From the NCBI GenBank assembly GCA_963725185.1, contig CAVRXO010000002.1:496666-560665 (forward strand): a stretch of 64,000 bases of DNA, read 5' to 3'. Position numbers and translations under genes: made by a program. The notes below the pieces were generated by a model that saw only the letters and a program-made list of their open reading frames with translations, ran no database searches and was not told the DNA's origin. This stretch comes from an uncultured Alphaproteobacteria bacterium (GTDB lineage: Bacteria; Pseudomonadota; Alphaproteobacteria; Rhizobiales; Xanthobacteraceae). How positions within the stretch are numbered: the stretch's first letter is position 1; each line of letters starts with the position of its first letter. Below are positions 40,727 to 49,155 of the stretch, one piece after another.

Positions 40727-43521
40727 TGCCGGCGCCGACGCCGATATCGACCTATCGGCTGCAGCTCGCCGCGAGCTTTGGCTTCGATCAGGCGGCCGGG
40801 ATCGTTCCCTATCTCAAGGCGCTCGGCATCAGCCACCTCTATGCCTCGCCGTTCCTGAAGGCGCGCGCCGGCAGCACCCACGGCTACGATGTGGTCGATT
40901 ACGATGCGCTCAATCCCGAGCTCGGCGGCGAGCCGGCGTTTCGCCGGCTGTCCGATGCGCTGGCGCGTGCCGATATGGGTCTCATTCTCGATTTCGTGCC
41001 CAACCATATGGGGGTCAACTACGCCGACAATGCCTGGTGGCTGGATGTCCTGGAATGGGGACCGCGCTCGCCCCATGCTGCTTCCTTCGACATCGACTGG
41101 CAGGCGCATGTTTTGGGGCGCACCGGCCGTTTGCTGCTCCCGATCCTCGGGCAATCCTATGGCGAGATACTTGGGCGCGGCGAGATCAAGCTTTGCTACG
41201 ACGCCGCCGAAGGCAGCTTTTCGGCATGGTACTATGCGCACCGGCTGCCGATCCGGCCCAGCCAGTATCCCCGCATCCTGCGCAGCGTGGTTGCTGCCGC
41301 CGACGCCGGCGCTTCTTCGATCGGAAACCGGCTGCTCGAGCTGGCAAGTAAATTTCAACACCATGCACCGACGCGCGAAAAGGCAGAAAGGTTGAAGGCA
41401 TCACTTGCGGGGATCCCCGCCAGCGATGTGATCGAGCATGGCCTGGCAGCATTTCGACCGTCCGGTCCGGGAGAGCCGCAGGTCGCCAATCTGCATCGGT
41501 TGCTCGAGCGCCAGCATTTTCGGCTGGCCCATTGGCGGCTGGCCACGACCGAGATCAACTATCGGCGCTTCTTCGATATCAGCTCGCTGGCGGGCCTGCG
41601 GGTCGAGGATCCCGCGACCTTTGCGGCGATCCACCGCCTGGTCGGACGCCTGATCGCGAACGGGGAGCTGCATGGCCTGCGGCTCGATCATATCGATGGG
41701 CTGTATGATCCGGCGCAATATTGTCTGCGCTTGCAGGATCTCGTCCGCGCCCGCCAAGGCGCCGCGGGCCCGTTCTACGTCATCGTGGAAAAGATCCTCG
41801 GCGAGGGCGAGCCGCTGCCGCGATTTCCCGGCGTCGCAGGAACGACCGGCTACGAATGGCTCAATGTCATCTCGCGTCTGCTCCTGGACGGCGGCGGGCT
41901 GCCTGCGCTTGATCGGATTTGGCGCGATTTAGCCGCCGACGGCCGCGCCTTCGAGCAGATCCTGCGCGAGGCCAAGCGCTACGTCCTGGAGAACATCCTG
42001 GCAGCCGAATTCACGACGCTGGCCGGTATGCTGGCGCGTATCGCGGCCGGCGACTATCGCACGCGCGATCATGCCCCAGCGCGCCTGCGCGCAGCGTTGG
42101 AGCTGTTCGTTCTGCATTTCCCGGTCTACCGGACCTACATGACCGCGGCGGGAGCGTCGCCGATGGATCGCGCGATCATCGAGCAGGCGCTCGCCGCAGC
42201 GCGCACCCGCTGGATCGGCGCGGACGACGGGATCTTCGACTTCCTGGGCGCCGCCCTCACGCTTGATCTCATCGCGCCCGGTCAGGGGGGCCACAGCCCC
42301 GCACGGGTTTCCCGCTTCGCCCTCAAGGTGCAGCAGTTCACCGGCCCGATGATGGCGAAATCCCTGGAGGACACCGCGTTCTATCGCTACCACCGGCTCA
42401 TTGCGCTCAACGAGGTCGGCGGCAATCCGGCCGGTTCGGCCATCAGCGTGGTGGACTTCCATGCGCTGATGAAAGACCGGGCCGCGCAAGCCCCGCACGG
42501 CCTCACCGCCACCGCCACCCACGACACCAAGCGCGGCGAGGATGCGCGTGCCCGGTTGCTGACGCTCTCCGAGATTCCCGCGGACTGGGCGCAGGCGGTC
42601 GCTGCCTGGCGCACCATGAACGCGTCCTTGATTGACGCAGCGGCGCCATCGCGTACGCCTTCGGCGGCCCACGAATATATGCTGTACCAGGCCTTGTTGG
42701 GCGCTTGGCCCCCGGGCGCCTTGGCGGCGGGCGGTCCGGACCAGAGCCTGGTCGAGCGAATGCAGGCGTTTGCCATCAAGGCGGCGCGCGAAGGCAAGGA
42801 GCAAACAAGCTGGCTCGATCCCGACGAACATTACGAAGCCGGCCTCAAGCGCTTCATTCGCGATGCCCTCGACCCCGCACTTTCCGCACCCTTTATCCAG
42901 TCGTTCGCCGGCTTCGCCGATCGGGTCGCCTTGATGGGAGCCCTCAACAGTCTCACTCAACTCGCCCTCAAGGCCACGATCCCGGGCGTGCCCGACTTCT
43001 ATCAAGGCACCGAATTGTGGGACCTGTCGTTGGTCGATCCGGACAATCGACGCCCGGTCGACTTTGCGGCGCGTGCTCAAGCCTTGCCCCGGTTGAACAG
43101 CAACACGGACTGGACCGCATTGGCGCAGGCCTGGCCCGACGGCGGAGTCAAGCTTGCCCTGATGGCCCGTCTGCTGGCGCTCCGGCAGGAGCTCGCGCAC
43201 GTGTTCAGCGACGGCGACTACAGGCCGCTCGCGGTCAAAGGGAGGGACAGCAACGAGATCATCGCGTTTGCGCGCTGCCATGGCGGTGAGGCGGCCCTGG
43301 TCATCGTGGCGCGGCTGTTCAGCCGCTCGAGCGGCGGGGGTCGCGCGTGGCCGTCGCGGCGCGACTGGGAGGCAACCGTTTCGGTCGAGGGTTTTTCTGC
43401 GCTGCAGCAATCGCTGACCAAGGATCAGCTCCTAGCGGGCCCGGAGCTTGCGATAGCCGAGATTTTCGATGGGCTTCCGGTCGCGGTGCTGCGGGCACGC
43501 CAGACGCGCCGCAAGAATTGA
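40723..43521 (+). CDS. treY: malto-oligosyltrehalose synthase
   Basis: The ATG at 40723 overlaps the treZ stop (ATGA). STYRLQL...FGFD.A..IVPYLKALGISHLYASPFLKARAGSTHGYDVVDY and HGLRLDHIDGL are TreY hallmarks. About 932 aa. Confidence 0.9.
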   Translation: MMPAPTPISTYRLQLAASFGFDQAAGIVPYLKALGISHLYASPFLKARAGSTHGYDVVDYDALNPELGGEPAFRRLSDALARADMGLILDFVPNHMGVNYADNAWWLDVLEWGPRSPHAASFDIDWQAHVLGRTGRLLLPILGQSYGEILGRGEIKLCYDAAEGSFSAWYYAHRLPIRPSQYPRILRSVVAAADAGASSIGNRLLELASKFQHHAPTREKAERLKASLAGIPASDVIEHGLAAFRPSGPGEPQVANLHRLLERQHFRLAHWRLATTEINYRRFFDISSLAGLRVEDPATFAAIHRLVGRLIANGELHGLRLDHIDGLYDPAQYCLRLQDLVRARQGAAGPFYVIVEKILGEGEPLPRFPGVAGTTGYEWLNVISRLLLDGGGLPALDRIWRDLAADGRAFEQILREAKRYVLENILAAEFTTLAGMLARIAAGDYRTRDHAPARLRAALELFVLHFPVYRTYMTAAGASPMDRAIIEQALAAARTRWIGADDGIFDFLGAALTLDLIAPGQGGHSPARVSRFALKVQQFTGPMMAKSLEDTAFYRYHRLIALNEVGGNPAGSAISVVDFHALMKDRAAQAPHGLTATATHDTKRGEDARARLLTLSEIPADWAQAVAAWRTMNASLIDAAAPSRTPSAAHEYMLYQALLGAWPPGALAAGGPDQSLVERMQAFAIKAAREGKEQTSWLDPDEHYEAGLKRFIRDALDPALSAPFIQSFAGFADRVALMGALNSLTQLALKATIPGVPDFYQGTELWDLSLVDPDNRRPVDFAARAQALPRLNSNTDWTALAQAWPDGGVKLALMARLLALRQELAHVFSDGDYRPLAVKGRDSNEIIAFARCHGGEAALVIVARLFSRSSGGGRAWPSRRDWEATVSVEGFSALQQSLTKDQLLAGPELAIAEIFDGLPVAVLRARQTRRKN

Positions 43522-43686
43522 AAGGCCGTCCGGGATCTCGCTAGGGCCGGACGGCCTCGCGGACGTCGTGCCAACTCGCCTGTCGGTTCCCTCCCTCCGC
43601 TCGACCAAGCTGTTAGGAGATTTCTTGCTCTGCTGCAATCCACCCCATAGACGGGCGCCCGCGCTCTCAACAACAATCCGCGAGCC

Positions 43687-43967
43687 GTAGGGCGCAATCG
43701 CTTTATTGCGCCGCTCCGCGTCCGGTATTGCCGCAAAGCAGCATGGCTAGGCGCGGCTGATTGGCGCAAATGTAGGGCGCAATCGCTTTATTGCGCCGTT
43801 CCGCGGCTTGTATTGCCCCAATCCAAGCAGCATGGCTAGGCACGGTCGATTGGCGCAAATGTAGGGCGCAATCGCTTTATTGCGCCGTTCCGCGGCTTGT
43901 ATTGCCCCCAATCCAAGCAGCATGGCTAGGCACGGTCGATTGGCGCAATAAAGCGATTGCGCCCTAC
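43687..43967. repeat. expanded REP family 1 array: three head-to-tail units closed by one inverted unit
   Basis: GTAGGGCGCAATCGCTTTATTGCGCC starts at 43687, 43772 and 43861 (periods 85 and 89 nt). The spacers are themselves near-identical (..GTATTGCCCC(C)AATCCAAGCAGCATGGCTAGGCACGGTCGATTGGCGCAAAT). The array is closed by GGCGCAATAAAGCGATTGCGCCCTAC at 43942-43967. Confidence 0.9.
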
Positions 43968-44005
43968 GGGGCGATGCGCGACCAGCAAACCGGCCGTCCT
44001 CACCG

Positions 44006-44851
44006 TTAGGCGGCCTTCTTGCTCCGGCGGGCCGCCTTCTTTCCGGTGCGGCGGGCGGTTGCCTTGCGGCCGCGGCCGCCTTGCACGCTCCGGCGAAGGG
44101 CTTCCATCAGGTCGATCACCTTGCCGCGGTCCGCGGCGGGCTTGGGCGCGTCGATCTTTTGGCCGGCCGCCTTGCGCTTCACCAGCTTGCGCAATTCCAG
44201 CTCGTATTCGTCCTTGAATTTCTTGGGATCGAAATGACCGGCCTTGGTATCAAGAATATGCTCGGCGAGGTCGAGCATCTCCTTGGCGACGCGCGCGCTC
44301 GGGATCTCCGAGAAATACGCTTTCTCGTCGCGCACCTCGTAATCGTAGCGCAGCGTCGTTCCCAGAATGCCTTTGCCGCGCGGCTCCAGCGCGATCACGT
44401 GCTCGCGGTTGGCCATCACGATGCGCGCGAGGCCGGCGCGCTCCTTATCCTTCATGGCATCGCGGATCACGCTGAAGGCCTCGGCCCCGACCTTGTCGCT
44501 CGGCACGATGTAGTAGGGCTTGTCGAGATAGCGCGTGTCGATCTCGGCGAGCGGCACAAAGCTGTCGATATCGACCGTATGGGTGCTTTCGATCTCGACC
44601 GCCGCCAGCTCGTCCTCCTCGACCTGCACGTAGCGCCCCTTGGCCAGCTCGTAACCGCGGCCCTTGTGCGCCTTGTCCACCACCTCGCCGGTGGTTTCGT
44701 CCACCATTTGCTGACGAAGGCGATGGCCGGTCTTGGTGTTGATCTGATGAAAATGGGTCTTTTCGGATTGCGAAACCGCCGGAAAAAGCTCGATCGGGCA
44801 GGTCACCAGGGAAAGCCGCAAATACCCCTTCCAGTAAGCGCGCGGTGCCAT
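44006..44851 (-). CDS. ku: Ku protein (NHEJ DNA end-binding)
   Basis: 281 aa. MAPRAYWKGYLRLSLVTCPIELFPA... is a canonical bacterial Ku N-terminus. The C-terminal tail is basic (..RKATARRTGKKAARRSKKAA). Confidence 0.95.
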   Translation of the reverse strand: MAPRAYWKGYLRLSLVTCPIELFPAVSQSEKTHFHQINTKTGHRLRQQMVDETTGEVVDKAHKGRGYELAKGRYVQVEEDELAAVEIESTHTVDIDSFVPLAEIDTRYLDKPYYIVPSDKVGAEAFSVIRDAMKDKERAGLARIVMANREHVIALEPRGKGILGTTLRYDYEVRDEKAYFSEIPSARVAKEMLDLAEHILDTKAGHFDPKKFKDEYELELRKLVKRKAAGQKIDAPKPAADRGKVIDLMEALRRSVQGGRGRKATARRTGKKAARRSKKAA

Positions 44852-44977
44852 GTCGAGCTCCTTGTCCAGACGGGTTTCCCTGGTTCCATATCATCTCTTG
44901 ATTTGGAGCCTCGGGCTCGCGGCGCCGGCACTCCCTTGCCATCGTGATGATGGCAACGCGCTAATGGCAACGTGGTG

Positions 44978-45166
44978 TTACTTTCGTCGCGGACGACCGG
45001 GACGACGCCTGCCTGTCGGTTCCGCCGGCGCGACAGGAAGTCCCTTGCCGTGTTGAATCGCGCGCTCGAGGGTCGATTTTCTCAGGCCCAACGAGGCATA
45101 GAAATTGCGCATAAAAGCGGTCGATCGCAACTGATCGAGCGCCTGCTGCGCGGGGGTACAAGGCAT
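44978..45166 (-). CDS. small basic protein with an HTH-like segment and an AT-hook-like tail (62 aa)
   Basis: The ATG at 45166 is preceded by GGAGG at -10..-6. MPCTPAQQALDQLRSTAFMRNFYASLGLRKSTLERAIQHGKGLPVAPAEPTGRRRPGRPRRK. GC3 is lower than in neighbouring genes and no family was recognised. Confidence 0.35.
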   Translation of the reverse strand: MPCTPAQQALDQLRSTAFMRNFYASLGLRKSTLERAIQHGKGLPVAPAEPTGRRRPGRPRRK

Positions 45167-45304
45167 CTGCGCCTCCAATCTACATCCCGTGCAGGGAAAA
45201 AAGTCTCGAACGCAATTTTAGTTCCATGGGACTCTTCGTCCCGCCGCCTCAGCATGGCCGCGGGTGGGTTGCCGCGCCCGCGCTTTGCACAAGACAACGC
45301 AACC

Positions 45305-45499
45305 TTAACGTTTCGATTTGCGCTTGGGGACTTTCTTCCCCTTCTTCCGCGCTTCCGCGAGGCCGATGGCAATCGCCTGCTTGCGGCTGCTCACCTTGCC
45401 GCCTTTGCCGCCCTTGCCCCGCTTGAGGGTGCCGCGCTTGCGCTTGCGCATGGCGGAGCCGACGTCCTTGGCCGCGCCGCGCGAATATTTGCGAGCCAT
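45305..45499 (-). CDS. small highly basic protein (DUF6496-like, 64 aa)
   Basis: MARKYSRGAAKDVGSAMRKRKRGTLKRGKGGKGGKVSSRKQAIAIGLAEARKKGKKVP.. resembles a conserved small basic protein family. GGAGG is present upstream. Confidence 0.55.
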   Translation of the reverse strand: MARKYSRGAAKDVGSAMRKRKRGTLKRGKGGKGGKVSSRKQAIAIGLAEARKKGKKVPKRKSKR

Positions 45500-45735
45500 G
45501 AAAACCTCCGATCCGGAAGGATGCGTCCCGTCTGAAATTCCGCCCTCCGCGAAAAGTTCCAGCTGCGGGAATGGATTTGCCGCCAGCTCGCCGCTGCGGG
45601 CCTGAACGGCACTGCGTCATTTGCGCCCGCCACCGCGAGGAGGCCTCGCCTGCGTGGTTGTTTGATCCATGCATCGCGACACGCCGCCTTGTGAACCTTT
45701 CCTTGCGTGGCAGGTTAAGGAGCCGGAGGAATCCC

Positions 45736-46803
45736 ATGCCGGAAAAAACGACGCTGCCGGTCGTGGCCGCCCACGGCGCCACCCGCCTGCCCTCGGTCGA
45801 CCTCGACAGCTACAACGTCGAGCTCAAGGACGACGAGGGCTTTATCGGCGACCGCGCCAGCAAGGGCGCATTCAGGGACATCATCCGTCAGTGGCGCAAA
45901 TCGCTTCGGCAGACCGGCGACGATCCGTTCGGCGACGAGATCGGCGATGAATTGAGCAGAAAGCAGCTCGACGAGCTCTTGGAGCGAGGCGAGGCGGAGG
46001 CTGCGGCAATTGTCCATGGCGCGATCGAGGACTTTTCCCAGGAGCTTGCCCTGGTCATTCGCCGCTATCTCAAGCTGAAGGGCTGGAAAGACACGCAACG
46101 CATCGCCGTGGGCGGAGGATTTCGCGCCAGTCGCGTGGGCGAGCTGGTGATCGGCCGGACGGCCATCATCCTCAAGGCTGAAAGGATCGAGATCGGGCTT
46201 GCTCCAATTCACAATGATCCGGACCAGGCGGGCCTCATCGGTGCCGCCCACTTGGCTCCGGCCTGGATGTTTGAAGCCTACGACGCCATCCTGGGCGTCG
46301 ACATCGGAGGCACCAACATCCGCGCCGGGGTGGTCAACCTGAACCTCAAGAAAGATCCAAACCTGGCGAAGGCCAAGGTTTGGAAGTTTTCTCTCTGGCG
46401 TCACGGCGACGAGGAAGGCGTCAGCCGGGAGCATGCGTTGGACAGCTTGTCGGGAATGCTCAACGGACTGATCGAGGCCGCGGGCAAGAAGCCCATCCGG
46501 CTCGCCCCCTTCATCGGTATCGGCTGCCCCGGCCAGATCGAGGAAGACGGCTCCATCAGTCGGGGAGCACAAAACCTCCCCGGGAACTGGGAAAGCAGCA
46601 AGTTCAATCTGCCCCTGAAGTTGCATGACGCCATTCCCAAGATCGGCGAGCATGAGACCACGATCGTCATGCACAACGACGCCGTGGTGCAAGGCTTGAG
46701 CGAGATCCCGTTCATGCAGGATGTCGCACGCTGGGGCGTGCTGACGATCGGGACCGGTCTGGGGAATGCCCGCTTCACCAATCGAAGCGCGGGCGAAGAG
46801 TGA
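45736..46803 (+). CDS. ROK-family protein (putative sugar kinase)
   Basis: ORF 45571..46803; the ATG at 45736 is preceded by GGAGGA. ILGVDIGGTNIRAGVV (phosphate-1 motif), IGIGCPGQI and VLTIGTGLGNA are ROK/ASKHA signatures. Confidence 0.7.
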   Translation: MPEKTTLPVVAAHGATRLPSVDLDSYNVELKDDEGFIGDRASKGAFRDIIRQWRKSLRQTGDDPFGDEIGDELSRKQLDELLERGEAEAAAIVHGAIEDFSQELALVIRRYLKLKGWKDTQRIAVGGGFRASRVGELVIGRTAIILKAERIEIGLAPIHNDPDQAGLIGAAHLAPAWMFEAYDAILGVDIGGTNIRAGVVNLNLKKDPNLAKAKVWKFSLWRHGDEEGVSREHALDSLSGMLNGLIEAAGKKPIRLAPFIGIGCPGQIEEDGSISRGAQNLPGNWESSKFNLPLKLHDAIPKIGEHETTIVMHNDAVVQGLSEIPFMQDVARWGVLTIGTGLGNARFTNRSAGEE

Positions 46804-46837
46804 TCCGCGCCGGGGCTTCGGTTCTCGGTGTAGCGTT

Positions 46838-46874
46838 TCACACTTGTCCCGGCTCAAGGCCGGGACAAGTGTGA
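46838..46874. terminator. 16-bp perfect hairpin between convergent genes, related to REP family 2
   Basis: TCACACTTGTCCCGGC-tcaag-GCCGGGACAAGTGTGA. The core GTCCCGGC/GCCGGGAC is shared with the repeats at 62.5-62.8 kb. Confidence 0.6.
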
Positions 46875-46915
46875 ATGGGGCACGGGGAAAGCGAAACAAG
46901 AGTCGGAAACGGCGC

Positions 46916-47317
46916 CTAGGGCGTCTCCCAGTAAGGGGGCAGCCCGTAATGGTCGAAAACGCGCTTGCCGCTGGCGGGACTGGTCCAGTCCCAGCTCTGG
47001 TTCTTGGCGAATTTCGGAGCGCCCGTGAGCTGCTCCTCGCCAATGTTGACTTCGTAGCCGCCGAGCTGGGGATTGTAGGTTAGAAGCGACCACGGCAGGG
47101 GATAGTAATCTTGCCCGATCCCCACGAAACCGCCGAAGCTCATGACCGCATAGGCGACCTTGCCGCTTCGTTTGTCGAGCATCACGCGCTCGATCTGGCC
47201 GACGCGATTACCGTCGGGGCGGTAGACCGGTGTGCCCTCCACCTTGTCGCTGCCGATCAATGCAGGGGTCTCCCGACGTTCTACCTCGATGGCCGCGCCC
47301 TCAAGTCGTGTGTCCAT
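46916..47317 (-). CDS. PRC-barrel domain protein
   Basis: 133 aa. LIGSDKVEGTPVYRPDGNRVGQIERVMLDKRSGKVAYAVMSFGGFVGIGQDYYPLPW is the typical PRC-barrel pattern. Confidence 0.85.
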   Translation of the reverse strand: MDTRLEGAAIEVERRETPALIGSDKVEGTPVYRPDGNRVGQIERVMLDKRSGKVAYAVMSFGGFVGIGQDYYPLPWSLLTYNPQLGGYEVNIGEEQLTGAPKFAKNQSWDWTSPASGKRVFDHYGLPPYWETP

Positions 47318-47419
47318 GTTTTCTTTCCTCTCCGCAACCCGGATCGCCTTGTCGCGGCTGAAAACCCATAGCCCAACGGGCGCTCGCCCGCGCGCTCCGG
47401 CTGGCTTCCGGCTGACGGA

Positions 47420-47599
47420 TCAAGACGTTCCGAGGGAAGATAAATCCAGCGACGTGCGGGGATCGAAAACAAATCGCCGTTCGGTATCGCCGCAGCTTTC
47501 GCACTGAAACGTCCGATATTCAAACCCCCGCATGGTCACCTGATCGTGCGGCTCGACCAAGGTCAGCCGCATCTCTTCGCCACATACGAAGCACTTCAT
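47420..47599 (-). CDS. small zinc-ribbon protein (59 aa)
   Basis: MKCFVCGEEMRLTLVEPHDQVTMRGFEYRTFQCESCGDTERRFVF.. has two CxxC pairs. It lies within the longer ORF 47420..47875. Confidence 0.5.
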   Translation of the reverse strand: MKCFVCGEEMRLTLVEPHDQVTMRGFEYRTFQCESCGDTERRFVFDPRTSLDLSSLGTS

Positions 47600-47755
47600 T
47601 GCCGATTTCTCCCATCCCAGGCCGAGTCTGCTGCCGGCTCTAAAGCCGGTAATGATTCCGGGGGACAAAAGTTCCCATTGCGATGGCGACTCTCCACCCG
47701 ACACGAACCCGCCGCCCGAACCCACTGCGGGGGCTCGAATTTTTTGCTTCGCCTC

Positions 47756-47780
47756 GGAACCGGATCCCGGCGCCTGCGTT
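47756..47780 (+). promoter_or_regulatory. EcfG-type promoter motif abutting the ORF starting at 47789
   Basis: GGAAC-cggatcccggcgcctg-CGTT (N16), a perfect consensus. Only 8 nt separate CGTT from the ATG, which implies a leaderless or near-leaderless mRNA. Confidence 0.55.
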
Positions 47781-47788
47781 GCGGTCTC

Positions 47789-48337
47789 ATGGCGCTGACT
47801 CCGACACCTTGGACATCGCAGCCCTCCCAAACGTGGCAATCGCAGCCCCGGCAAGCGCGCCCTTTTCGGCCGCACGGCGGCACTGCGGACGCCCCTCTGT
47901 TTTGGGTTCTCAGCGCTATCCTAGCTGTGGCAGCGGGCCTGTTCCTTCTGCTCTACTGGCTTTGCCAGCCCGCAATTAATCCCAACCCCGGCGTCGCCGC
48001 CTATGTGGCTCCCGCGGGGACACGCTTGGTCCCGCTCCCTCGCAAGAGCGATGCGCCGGAGCTTGCCGACCTTCCGGTTGATTCCGCGCATCCGCCCGTT
48101 TCTCCTCGGGTCGCCGCCGCCACGGCCTCCGCCTCTCCGCTCACCGCGTTGGCAAAGGCTGAACCGAGCGAGCTTCCGGTCAAGCGCGACCTGCGTCCGC
48201 CCGCCCGCAAGCGCCAGCGGGCAGATTACGGCGAGCATGACCAGCCTCGCTTCGGGGGCGTCCAGCAGTGGAATTTCGGCTCGCCCGGGTGGAACAGCCC
48301 CCACGCGTGGACCGGCGGGCCCAAATCCTGGTTTTGA
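47789..48337 (+). CDS. single-pass membrane hypothetical protein (182 aa)
   Basis: The ATG at 47789 lies within ORF 47546..48337. It has one hydrophobic helix (LFWVLSAILAVAAGLFLLLYWL) followed by a Pro/Ala-rich region. No family recognised. Confidence 0.45.
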   Translation: MALTPTPWTSQPSQTWQSQPRQARPFRPHGGTADAPLFWVLSAILAVAAGLFLLLYWLCQPAINPNPGVAAYVAPAGTRLVPLPRKSDAPELADLPVDSAHPPVSPRVAAATASASPLTALAKAEPSELPVKRDLRPPARKRQRADYGEHDQPRFGGVQQWNFGSPGWNSPHAWTGGPKSWF

Positions 48338-48905
48338 TTGGCCGTTGCTTCCGCCGTCGGATTCCTGCCTCAAGCAAACTCATCGGCGGTCGGGCGCCGG
48401 CAGAGGCATTTCCCTGATTGTTCGACCGAATTGGCAAGTCCTGTTCGTTGGTCCAGCTTATGTAGATTCCCTCATCCCGGCCGCAACGGAATTGATTAAA
48501 CTCTTCAACAATTTGTTGTAGGTTTAATTGCGGTCGTCGCTTATCATGGCATCAAGGGTCGGATTTGGGCCCGACCTTTCTGGAACTCGACGGCTCCCCG
48601 CCCCCCCGGTTGAGCCGTTTTTTTTCAAGCACGTTCCGCCGCTCGCCCGACCGGCCGCGTTGGATGAGCCGCCCGGACCAAGCCCGGATGAGCTCTCGCG
48701 AGACGCATCTCGCCCACGTGCTGAAGAAGCCGGGATATCCCGGTCGCAAGAAGAGCCGCTGAGCGACCGCACGGCGGAGCCGGCGTTGCAGCCGGATGCC
48801 AAAGTCAGGAAAATCGGGATTCGATGGGAACGCTGCCGGGTCTCGCGAATTGAGATTCCGTGCCAGGTGGCGCCCCCAGCCCCTCCCATCCCCTCGCCGC
48901 CCGGC

Positions 48906-48945
48906 CAAAGACCCTGGCACCCTCCGGTGCCAGGGTCTTTGTTTT
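48906..48945 (+). terminator. strong intrinsic terminator
   Basis: CAAAGACCCTGGCACC-ctcc-GGTGCCAGGGTCTTTG (16-bp perfect stem) followed by TTTT. Confidence 0.7.
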
Positions 48946-49155
48946 GGACCCTCCAGCGCCGCCGGCGGGGGCGCGGCGCGACACAACATAATTAGGAAAC
49001 ACGGCAGGCCGGGCCGCGGCTGCGTGCACGGATGAGCGCACTGCACTTTGCCCGCGCATTGCCCTCCCACCTCCCCGGCTTGGTAATCGTTCGCGCCCGC
49101 GCTACCATTGCCGCAATCGGGCATGCTTCGAGAACGCAAGCGCAGGGGAGGTCAT

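Noticed and set aside
43687-43967. Regularly spaced 26-nt palindromic repeats that superficially resemble a CRISPR array.
   Set aside because: The spacers are near-identical to one another, the last unit is inverted, and the same unit occurs as isolated inverted pairs at 11.3 and 16.1 kb. No cas genes are present. This is a REP/BIME-type array.
44852-44977. An EcfG-type promoter directly upstream of ku.
   Set aside because: The only GGAAC (plus-strand GTTCC at about 44883) is 10 nt from a CGTC and 31 nt from the ATG. The spacing is wrong and no CGTT partner is present.
45541-45560. An EcfG motif upstream of the DUF6496-like gene (GGAAC-N16-AATT on the minus strand).
   Set aside because: The -35 element is perfect but the -10 lacks the conserved GTT. 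It fits only the looser GGAAC-N18-19-TT form, so it is not strong enough to report as a promoter.
48338-49155. A housekeeping ncRNA (tmRNA, RNase P RNA, SRP/4.5S or 6S) hidden in the gene-poor spacer.
   Set aside because: I could not find the conserved cores. There is no GGTTCGA T-loop with a CCA-proximal acceptor, no GAGGAAAGTCC-type RNase P motif and no SRP GGAA/AGCA domain IV motif. It remains only an sRNA candidate.
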